Virus record (IMG/VR): IMGVR_UViG_3300025693_000004
Location: 1-53,409 of that record
Length of the DNA: 53,409 bases
Direction: 5' to 3' (one strand)
Source: a virus
Taxonomy: Duplodnaviria; Caudoviricetes
The notes beneath the pieces were generated by a model. That model had not been told where the DNA came from and did no database searches. It was given only the letters and a program-made list of their open reading frames with translations. A program made the translations under genes and the position numbers. Below, one piece after another: positions 46,618-53,409 of this stretch (the first letter of the stretch is position 1; the number at the start of each line of letters is the position of its first letter).

Positions 46618-47049
46618 TTAAGCACACCACCCTTCCCGCTTCCCGCCGCTATACTTCCTAGCCATCCCCTGATTCACCAAAACCTCACCCAAATTCTTAC
46701 CATCCACATAAACATCAGCAATAATTCTAAAATACTTCCCACGCTTCATATTACGCAGTTCAATCTTTTTGGCTTCTCTTAGCATCGCAACTGTTGCTTG
46801 CTTAGCTGCTCGCGCCATATCCTTCTCTTTTTGGCATTTGCCACGCATTTCAGCAGCATCAATGCCATTAACTCGAATAGACATACTTTTGCCAATAATA
46901 TCTGGCCACCCTTCAATCGATGCTCTGAATGTATCCGCATCGTAAATACTGCGAACCTCTGAAACAACAACATTCCCGTAGTTTTTACTTTTTGCAGAAA
47001 CAGAAAACGAAATAGCTAATAACAAAACAAACAACATTGATTTCTTCAT
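46618..47049 (-). CDS. Secreted thermonuclease (SNase family)
   Basis: Signal peptide ending SVSA; IYDADT, IRVNGIDAAE, KYFRIIADV and GMA..Y. Confidence 0.9.
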   Translation of the reverse strand: MKKSMLFVLLLAISFSVSAKSKNYGNVVVSEVRSIYDADTFRASIEGWPDIIGKSMSIRVNGIDAAEMRGKCQKEKDMARAAKQATVAMLREAKKIELRNMKRGKYFRIIADVYVDGKNLGEVLVNQGMARKYSGGKREGWCA

Positions 47050-47180
47050 GAATCACCTATCTTAAGTCTGAGTAAATTTCATTATATCGGCCTTACCCAC
47101 CCACAAAACATAAATTCACTTAATTTTTTATATCCATGAAGGCCGCATTGTTGCTGTTTTTTTTGTGCGCTAAATAAATA

Positions 47181-47235
47181 GTTTACTTTTTTATTAAACT
47201 TTATTCTTGCTGTTTGTTTATCAAATAAGTAAACT
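47181..47235. promoter_or_regulatory. OL/pL control region
   Basis: GTTTA-N9-TAAAC at 47181-47199 and 47216-47234; plus-strand promoter TTGCTG-17-TAAACT (47207-47235). Confidence 0.75.
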
Positions 47236-47285
47236 AAAGCCCTGTTCGAGACTGTTCAGAACAAAATTTTTAAAGGGCTAAGAAA

Positions 47286-47417
47286 ATGAAAACTTTACCA
47301 CAATGCATAACATCTTCTCGATGGCTGCCAGCATCATCAAAGCGCTACACATCTAAACGATCAAAAATACAAAATTACATGCGCTTTATTGAAATTGGAA
47401 AAACAAATTTAAGTTAA
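47286..47417 (+). CDS. Small basic ORF, first gene of the pL operon
   Basis: 43 aa MKTLPQCITSSRWLPASSKRYTSKRSKIQNYMRFIEIGKTNLS; below the ORF-track cutoff. Confidence 0.45.
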   Translation: MKTLPQCITSSRWLPASSKRYTSKRSKIQNYMRFIEIGKTNLS

Positions 47418-47431
47418 ATCCTCCCTACCTC

Positions 47432-47457
47432 GTCCCTCTTCGGAGGGGCATTTTTTT
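47432..47457 (+). terminator. tL1-like intrinsic terminator
   Basis: GTCCCTC-TTCG-GAGGGGC followed by ATTTTTTT. Confidence 0.8.
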
Positions 47458-47469
47458 GGAGCTACACAA

Positions 47470-47706
47470 ATGAATTACCAAGAAGCAAAAAAACTAATTG
47501 AAGAGATTGGACTGCCTTATGAGGTCGAAATTTCATGCCTTGAAGCGGCTAAGGAATACAAGGGTGAATTTGACGATGATTACTGTTCCGCATGCGATGG
47601 TTCAGGCGAAGGAAGCCATGACGGTTCGCGCTGTGAAAACTGCAAAGGTTCGGGTGTTGATGCAGAGCAAGAAAATGATGATTACGATTTTCAAGAGGCA
47701 GCTTAA
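47470..47706 (+). CDS. Small acidic protein with DnaJ-type CxxCxGxG zinc finger
   Basis: CSACDGSG...CENCKGSG; GGAG RBS. Confidence 0.7.
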   Translation: MNYQEAKKLIEEIGLPYEVEISCLEAAKEYKGEFDDDYCSACDGSGEGSHDGSRCENCKGSGVDAEQENDDYDFQEAA

Positions 47707-47708
47707 TC

Positions 47709-47957
47709 ATGATTAATAACGCGATATTAACTGATCGTTTGTTTTGGGTCCTGCATTCAGTAGCTAAGCAAGTTTCTGCCCACGGCGGCTGTCGAATATG
47801 TCAGGACGCTAGTGCAATTTATGCAAAAAAACTTTTATTAGAAGGTAGTTCTGGAGCATCTGCAATTTTTCTTGCCGTAACTTTAGGCAAAAAAATGAGC
47901 AATGAAATGCTGGAAAATAAAATAGCATTTAACCGACGCATGACACTGGAGGCTTAA
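47709..47957 (+). CDS. Hypothetical protein
   Basis: Closely packed ORF with GAGG RBS. Confidence 0.6.
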   Translation: MINNAILTDRLFWVLHSVAKQVSAHGGCRICQDASAIYAKKLLLEGSSGASAIFLAVTLGKKMSNEMLENKIAFNRRMTLEA

Positions 47958-48128
47958 ATGAAAAATTACACAGTAAATATTCAATTCAAACGTGGAGCTG
48001 ATTTTTCAACGCTTCTTTTAGAACAACCAAGTAGCGAAGAGGCAAAGGCAACCGCCGTTTATATCGCTAGACAAAATGGCTTTCATGCTGCAATCAAAAA
48101 AACTTCGGCAATTGTCGAAAAGGATTAA
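47958..48128 (+). CDS. Small hypothetical protein (56 aa)
   Basis: GGAGG RBS; MKNYTVNIQFKRGADF...VEKD fills the gap before the exonuclease. Confidence 0.65.
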   Translation: MKNYTVNIQFKRGADFSTLLLEQPSSEEAKATAVYIARQNGFHAAIKKTSAIVEKD

Positions 48129-48131
48129 AAA

Positions 48132-49016
48132 ATGCTAACTCCTGAGCAATTAGAATTTAGAAAATCAGGCATTGGTGGTTCTGATGTCGCAACTATCCTT
48201 GGCTTAAATCCATATAAAACTAAGTTTGAACTTTATATGGAAAAAACAGGCCAAGTTGAACCTGAAAACCTTGACGATAATGACGCGGTTTCCTTCGGTA
48301 ATATTATCGAAAATACGATTGGTGAATTTTATACCCATAAAACAGGTGTAAAGCTGCGTAATAAACTGCAAACGGTTCGTCATCCCAAGCACGATTGGCT
48401 GGTTGCTAATATTGATAAAAAGGTCGAGGGTGAACGTAAAGGTGTAGAAATTAAAAATGTCGGCTCTCATGCTGCGTGGGCGTGGGGAAAAGATGGAACG
48501 GATGAAGTGGCTGAATATTATATGCCTCAACCGATGCATTACATGCTGGTGCTTGATTATGACGCTTGGGACGTGGCGGCCTATTTTGGCGGTGCTGAAT
48601 TAAAAATTTACCCGCTTTACCGTGATAAAGAATTTGACGAGTTGATTATTGATATTACTCACGATTTTTGGCACCAAAACGTTCTGGCTAAAGTTCCGCC
48701 TGAAATTGATTACGACCATGCTTCTACTGAGTCGCTTTTAAAGCGTATTAACCCCGGCACTGATGGAACTGAAAAAGATATTTCTGAACTGGATTATTGG
48801 CATCGTGTCCGCATTGAAGCCGCTGCTAAATCTAAAGAATATGACGCTATTGCTTCTGGTGCTAAAAATCACATTTTAGAGGCTGTCGGCTCTTCTGCTT
48901 CGGGTTTGATTGACGGTGTGGGTAGTTACAATCGAAAAATAGTTAAACGCAAAGGGTTCACTGTTGAACCGACCGAATATATGAATATGACTTTCAAAAA
49001 AGAGGCGAAAAAATGA
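48132..49016 (+). CDS. YqaJ-like (lambda exonuclease family) recombination nuclease
   Basis: RKSGIGGSDVATILGLNPY, ANID, VEIKN and Q..HY. Confidence 0.92.
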   Translation: MLTPEQLEFRKSGIGGSDVATILGLNPYKTKFELYMEKTGQVEPENLDDNDAVSFGNIIENTIGEFYTHKTGVKLRNKLQTVRHPKHDWLVANIDKKVEGERKGVEIKNVGSHAAWAWGKDGTDEVAEYYMPQPMHYMLVLDYDAWDVAAYFGGAELKIYPLYRDKEFDELIIDITHDFWHQNVLAKVPPEIDYDHASTESLLKRINPGTDGTEKDISELDYWHRVRIEAAAKSKEYDAIASGAKNHILEAVGSSASGLIDGVGSYNRKIVKRKGFTVEPTEYMNMTFKKEAKK

Positions 49017-49900
49017 GTACATTAGCCACCGAAGTACAAGCAGAATTACAAACAATAACAGAGCCAAATAGCACAACTGAAATGCTGTTAAACCCTCAAG
49101 TAATGGAACAAATGCAAGGACTAGCAAATATGATGGCTTCGGGAAAAAGCACGGTCCCCAAGCATTTACAGCAATCACCTGGTGATTGTTTCGCAATTAT
49201 TATGCAAGCAGCACAGTGGCGGATGAACCCCTTTGCAGTAGCCCAAAAAACTCATATTGTTAATGGTGTCCTCGGTTATGAAGCTCAATTAGTTAATGCA
49301 GTTATTAGCTCAAGTAATGCAATTGTTGGCCGGTTTCATTATGAATATAAGGGGGATTGGTCTAGTGATGCAGATCCTAAGTCGTTTGTTCGCGTTGGGG
49401 CATTAATTAAAGGTGAGGATGAGATAACTTGGGGAGAATGGCTTTCCCCTGCGACAGTTAAAACAAAAAACTCACCCTTATGGAAAACTGCGCCAAAGCA
49501 ACAATCCGCCTATTTAGTGCTCAAATATTGGGCTAGGATTTATTGTCCATCCGTTATCTTGGGAGTTTATACGCCAGAGGAAGTTGAAGATAAAAAACAG
49601 GATGAACGAGAAATAAATCCCACAGCTACAACTAGCCGTGCTGCAGCCTTAAAGGAAAAGGTTAAATCTCAGAAAAAACCAAAAGCACCTGTTTCCGAGG
49701 TTGAGCCAGTTCCTGAAAATTCTGAACCATCCTCTTCTGGTGAAATAACGCTTGATTATGTTTGCAAGAAAATAATTGATGCAAAAAATACCGATGATTT
49801 ATCAGATGCAGCTGACTTGGCTAACTACCTAAATGATACGGATAAAGAAATAGCACGTGAAAAATACCAAGTCAAAGCTACTGAATTAAAACCTTCTTAA
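49013..49900 (+). CDS. recT: RecT-family single-strand annealing protein
   Basis: VPKHL...DCFAIIMQAAQWRMNPFAVAQKTH, GYEAQLVNAV, W...PKQQ..Y and LGVYTPEE. Confidence 0.88.
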   Translation: MSTLATEVQAELQTITEPNSTTEMLLNPQVMEQMQGLANMMASGKSTVPKHLQQSPGDCFAIIMQAAQWRMNPFAVAQKTHIVNGVLGYEAQLVNAVISSSNAIVGRFHYEYKGDWSSDADPKSFVRVGALIKGEDEITWGEWLSPATVKTKNSPLWKTAPKQQSAYLVLKYWARIYCPSVILGVYTPEEVEDKKQDEREINPTATTSRAAALKEKVKSQKKPKAPVSEVEPVPENSEPSSSGEITLDYVCKKIIDAKNTDDLSDAADLANYLNDTDKEIAREKYQVKATELKPS

Positions 49901-50002
49901 ATTAACAGAAGGAATTATCAGACTTTATTGACGAAAGAATGGATTTATTGCGCGCTTAAATAATAAGAAGATTTTCAGTTAAAAAACAGAGAGAGAGATC
50001 AA

Positions 50003-50701
50003 ATGAAAGAACTGTCAGAAATAATCAAAGAAAAAACTTCTGAAATGATTAGCAGCGGAAAAGTTGAAGAAATTATCGCTCAAAACATCGAGACTTCAAT
50101 CAAAGCTGCTATTGAAGAATCACTGAGATCATATAGCGACTTCGGTAAATCACTAAAGAGCGCTGTTAACGATGCGATTGCATGCGACCAAAGGCAAATT
50201 GAACTGCCTGCATACAACCTATTTGTACAAGAAGTTGCTCATAAAAAATTCATGGAGGTCATGCATGCTGATGCAGCAGACCACCTTGAAAAACTAATTG
50301 GCGAAGTCGTTAAGCCGATCAAAAAGCACGAAAAAACGTCTGTCCTGTTAGAGCAAATAAAAGAAATTCTGCAAGAGAAAGCGATTGAAAATGGCCACGA
50401 TCAAATATCGATTGATAGTAGCTACAACGACGATGAAACAGCTATATATGTAAAATTTAATGACCCTGAGTATGAAAACGAAAGTGTAAAACTAACCCTT
50501 TATAACTTCAACCATAACAAAGAAAACACATGGCACATCGGGTACATAAATACTAATGATACCTGCATAACACGAGGCTCCAAAAAAATAGCTGGATCTG
50601 GATTTGGATACCTCTCTGATCTACTTTTCAAATATTACGCAATGCAAACAGAGTTTGAAATGGATGAGGAATTTGAAGATATATACGTCGGAATTGATTA
50701 G
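50003..50701 (+). CDS. Hypothetical phage protein
   Basis: 232-aa ORF; SYSDFGK...LPAYN. Confidence 0.7.
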   Translation: MKELSEIIKEKTSEMISSGKVEEIIAQNIETSIKAAIEESLRSYSDFGKSLKSAVNDAIACDQRQIELPAYNLFVQEVAHKKFMEVMHADAADHLEKLIGEVVKPIKKHEKTSVLLEQIKEILQEKAIENGHDQISIDSSYNDDETAIYVKFNDPEYENESVKLTLYNFNHNKENTWHIGYINTNDTCITRGSKKIAGSGFGYLSDLLFKYYAMQTEFEMDEEFEDIYVGID

Positions 50702-50846
50702 CAGTTAGACAGCAAACGGACTTGCAGGTATCGGTGGGCTAGTGCCAGAACCCCATCTGTTACATTTGAACCAAGCCTTGATCAACAATTCATCGAGTAA
50801 CCGGCTACCGCACGATACGCGGCTTTAATTAACCTAGGGACTAATT

Positions 50847-51476
50847 ATGCACAACACAAATCAAAAACCACCCCAAAGAAATCCGCTGGAAACCATTGGC
50901 CAAGGCATGTTTTCACCTTCGCCTTTTATTGCCATTACTGATCCTATTTTATTTAACACCTGCTTAGCTATGACAGCGAGCAATGATGAAGTTAGGCATT
51001 ATTTACAATATCTACTCATTAGCCCTGAAAAAAATACAGTAACAGGCTCTTGTGGTAGTGCGCTTGCATCCGGGCAAGCACTTAATTTTTCAGCATGGAA
51101 TAGTAAAAGTGACCTTCTAATCCTTCCCGCACAAAAGCTACCGAAAGAAACGCGCGGGGCCAGAATCAATGTCAAAGAAAAGACAATCACCGGTCGTGCT
51201 AAAAAAGGCCGCTTCAATATTCCTTTTTTAATATTAGACGCAAAATACCCAAGTTTTAATAGTATTGAGCCAACTAATGAAAATACAGTCATAGACAATA
51301 AGCGCACCTGCTTCAATGTCAAGCTACTAATGAAGATGCAAAAAGCGTCACAGTGCGAGATCGTGACTATCTCGGCACACAGAAGCGTCATTAGCAACTT
51401 ATTTTACTCGGTTGACCTGCATTCTAAAAGAATCACAAGCCCATACCGCGCAATCATCATGCCCTGCAATGCCTAG
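50847..51476 (+). CDS. Diverged beta-sliding-clamp-like phage protein
   Basis: DEVRHYL, DAKYPSFNSI.P, FNVKLL...KA and IIMP mirror clamp-like motifs. Confidence 0.5.
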   Translation: MHNTNQKPPQRNPLETIGQGMFSPSPFIAITDPILFNTCLAMTASNDEVRHYLQYLLISPEKNTVTGSCGSALASGQALNFSAWNSKSDLLILPAQKLPKETRGARINVKEKTITGRAKKGRFNIPFLILDAKYPSFNSIEPTNENTVIDNKRTCFNVKLLMKMQKASQCEIVTISAHRSVISNLFYSVDLHSKRITSPYRAIIMPCNA

Positions 51477-51495
51477 AGGGAGGGGGGATAAAGAA

Positions 51496-51711
51496 ATGAC
51501 TGTAGAACCGTTTAATAACTTAGTGTTTGATCGCGTCGAATACCGCATTGCAACAGGCAAGACCTATGCGTTTGTAACCTGTATCGATAAAGGAAGCACA
51601 GGCAAAGGCACAGAAGAAAAACGCTACTGGGGTGAAGTTGACGAAAGAGACAGCGCCAGCGAATTGCATCACATTATGGGCTATGGCGCAAAATGGGACA
51701 ACATACCTTAA
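51496..51711 (+). CDS. Hypothetical protein
   Basis: ATG after a G-rich RBS. Confidence 0.5.
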   Translation: MTVEPFNNLVFDRVEYRIATGKTYAFVTCIDKGSTGKGTEEKRYWGEVDERDSASELHHIMGYGAKWDNIP

Positions 51712-51752
51712 CCAATCAGAATAATAGCCAGCAACTCAACATTGAGAAATTT

Positions 51753-51989
51753 ATGACGACACAGGAATTAAACCTTTTTTGGAGCGCAAGAGACATAAAA
51801 ATATGGGTTGTCACCCTTACTGGTACTGGTGGAAATATAAAGACAGATAAAAAAATTGTTAGAGCTAAAACCGAAGAAAGAGCTTTAATCTGCGCCAAAA
51901 ATAACAGCATGACATTTCATAATAAACGCTGTCATGGTACTGCGAGATATGCGCACCCGATCAACGATTTGCACTGCACCACAGCATGA
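51753..51989 (+). CDS. Hypothetical protein
   Basis: Basic ORF; likely start MTTQEL. Confidence 0.5.
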   Translation: MTTQELNLFWSARDIKIWVVTLTGTGGNIKTDKKIVRAKTEERALICAKNNSMTFHNKRCHGTARYAHPINDLHCTTA

Positions 51990-52027
51990 GAAAAAGTGAT
52001 AATTTAAAAATAACAGGGAGATACTAA

Positions 52028-52330
52028 GTGAGGTCACTTAATGCAGCAGAAGCAGCAACCTTTCTGCATATGAACGAAGTAGTTTTATGCAGAAAGGCCA
52101 AACAGGGCGATATTCCCGGTAGAAAAGCGGGGAAATGCTGGGTATTTATTGAAGAACATCTTGCAGACTGGGTATCAGGTCGTTATCCTGATAAACGAGA
52201 ATTGCGAGTGGTTGACAACAAAAAACAAGAGGATAAAAAATGTCAATCTATAAGCGTGGCGAAACTTGGTGGATTCAACTCACCGCAAAAAACGGAAGAC
52301 GTATACAACAATCTTCTTCAACTAAAATAA
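52028..52330 (+). CDS. xis: Excisionase-like HTH protein
   Basis: LNAAEAATFL...AKQGDIPGRK.GK.WVF; overlaps the integrase start. Confidence 0.8.
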   Translation: MRSLNAAEAATFLHMNEVVLCRKAKQGDIPGRKAGKCWVFIEEHLADWVSGRYPDKRELRVVDNKKQEDKKCQSISVAKLGGFNSPQKTEDVYNNLLQLK

Positions 52331-53274
52331 AAAGGGAGGCTCAAGAGTTACACGATAAATTAAAAAGTGATTTATGGCGGCAATCTAACTTTGATGAAAA
52401 GCCAAGGCGATCATGGCAAGAAACAGTCGTTAGATGGTTAAGCGAGCAAGAGCATAGAAAAAGCGCAGGTGATGATATGAAATTCCTGCGCTGGCTCAAT
52501 ACTTACTTAAAAGATGCTTACTTAGATCAAATCGATAGAGATATGATTGATTTTTTAAAATCAAAAAAGTTAGCGACTGGCGTTACTAATAATACAGTAA
52601 ATCATACTCTAGCGTTTATTCGTTCTGTTTTAAATAAAGCTAAAAACGAATGGCAGTGGATAGATGTTGTTCCACCCATAAAAATGCTGGCAGTAAAAAA
52701 AGCCCGTATTCGATGGATAACAAAATCAGAAGCTGAAATTTTATTTAAAGAACTTCCTGAACACCTTGAAGCAATGGCACGATTCAGCCTAGCAACAGGA
52801 TTAAGGGAGTCTAATGTGACCGGTTTATTATGGGAGCAAATTGATATGCAGCGGCATTGCGCTTGGATTCATGCAGATCAAGCAAAAGCTAATAAAGATA
52901 TTGCGGTACCTTTAAATGCCGAAGCACTAGCTGTTATTCGTGCTCAAATAGGAAAACATCAAACCAATGTATTTACCTACAAAGAAAAGCCAATTTTAAA
53001 GGCTGGTGTTAGGGCTTGGAGAAAATCACTTGAAAGAGCTGGAATAGAAAATTTTAGGTGGCATGACTTAAGACATACTTGGGCAAGCTGGCATGTACAA
53101 AATGGAACACCATTAAATGCTTTACAAGAATTAGGGGGTTGGGCTGATGTAACAATGGTCATGAGATATGCGCATCTTTCGAGTGAACATTTGAAAGACT
53201 ACGCTAAAAATATTGAAAACCTTGAAGATAATAATGTTACAAATTTACTACAGTTGAAAAGTAATAGAATTTGA
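52240..53274 (+). CDS. int: Tyrosine recombinase (phage integrase)
   Basis: TGLRESN, WHDLRHTWAS, LGGW and RYAH catalytic residues; adjacent to att. Confidence 0.96.
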   Translation: MSIYKRGETWWIQLTAKNGRRIQQSSSTKIKREAQELHDKLKSDLWRQSNFDEKPRRSWQETVVRWLSEQEHRKSAGDDMKFLRWLNTYLKDAYLDQIDRDMIDFLKSKKLATGVTNNTVNHTLAFIRSVLNKAKNEWQWIDVVPPIKMLAVKKARIRWITKSEAEILFKELPEHLEAMARFSLATGLRESNVTGLLWEQIDMQRHCAWIHADQAKANKDIAVPLNAEALAVIRAQIGKHQTNVFTYKEKPILKAGVRAWRKSLERAGIENFRWHDLRHTWASWHVQNGTPLNALQELGGWADVTMVMRYAHLSSEHLKDYAKNIENLEDNNVTNLLQLKSNRI

Positions 53275-53297
53275 AATCTTCATAAGTTATTGAAATA

Positions 53298-53347
53298 AAT
53301 GGTGGCGATACCGAGAATTGAACTTGGGACCCCAGGGTTATGAATCC
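53298..53347. repeat. Right att core
   Basis: Identical to 81-130. Confidence 0.97.
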
Positions 53348-53377
53348 TGTGCTCTAACCGGACTGAGCTATATCGCC
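53300..53377 (-). tRNA. tRNA-Met (CAT), probably elongator
   Basis: GGCGATA acceptor stem, GCTC/GAGC D-arm, TT-CAT-AA anticodon loop, TTCAATT T-loop, encoded ACCA end; Ile2 not formally excluded. Confidence 0.92.
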
Positions 53378-53409
53378 ACACGTTCTTTAGTTATCTAATC
53401 AACTAAAGA

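Larger units (their letters stand above)
81..53347. mobile_element. Complete temperate prophage integrated in tRNA-Met(CAT)
   Basis: 50-bp direct repeats at both ends, tyrosine integrase next to the tRNA, and full immunity, replication, packaging and virion modules between them. Confidence 0.96.

Noticed and set aside
47498-47716. Alternative-frame ORF over the zinc-finger gene
   Set aside because: The 47470-47706 frame has the RBS and the CxxCxGxG motifs
52240-53274. Integron integrase explaining the attC-like sites
   Set aside because: Phage-type integrase with an arm-binding N-terminus and xis, and no IntI-specific insertion evident

Overview
The window is essentially one complete ~53.3 kb temperate prophage. 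It is bounded by a 50-bp direct repeat (81-130 and 53298-53347) that is the 3' part of a tRNA-Met(CAT) gene (53300-53377, minus strand). The early side is lambdoid: int/xis, YqaJ-RecT recombination genes, CI/Cro/CII with GTTTA-N9-TAAAC operators, O/P-like replication, a Q-like gene and a pR'/tR'-like late control. The late operon looks podovirus-like (TerS, TerL, portal, scaffold, capsid, adaptor and tail genes, no tape measure) and ends in a 4021-aa polyvalent protein with HExxH peptidase, N6-methyltransferase, SNF2 helicase and PLxRFG motifs. The most notable accessory content is: (1) a ParB/Srx-like + restriction-fold-like + Dam-type MTase trio in the rexAB-equivalent immunity slot, a candidate undescribed defence module; (2) a two-gene GspG/type IV prepilin moron, one product with Cys/Trp repeats; (3) a C5 cytosine MTase whose motif IX is encoded in a nested alternative reading frame; (4) attC-like hairpins and cassette-like genes without an integron integrase; (5) a LapG-like cysteine peptidase and an M15 peptidase placed upstream of Q. 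All family calls come from motif recognition by eye; no database searches were run.
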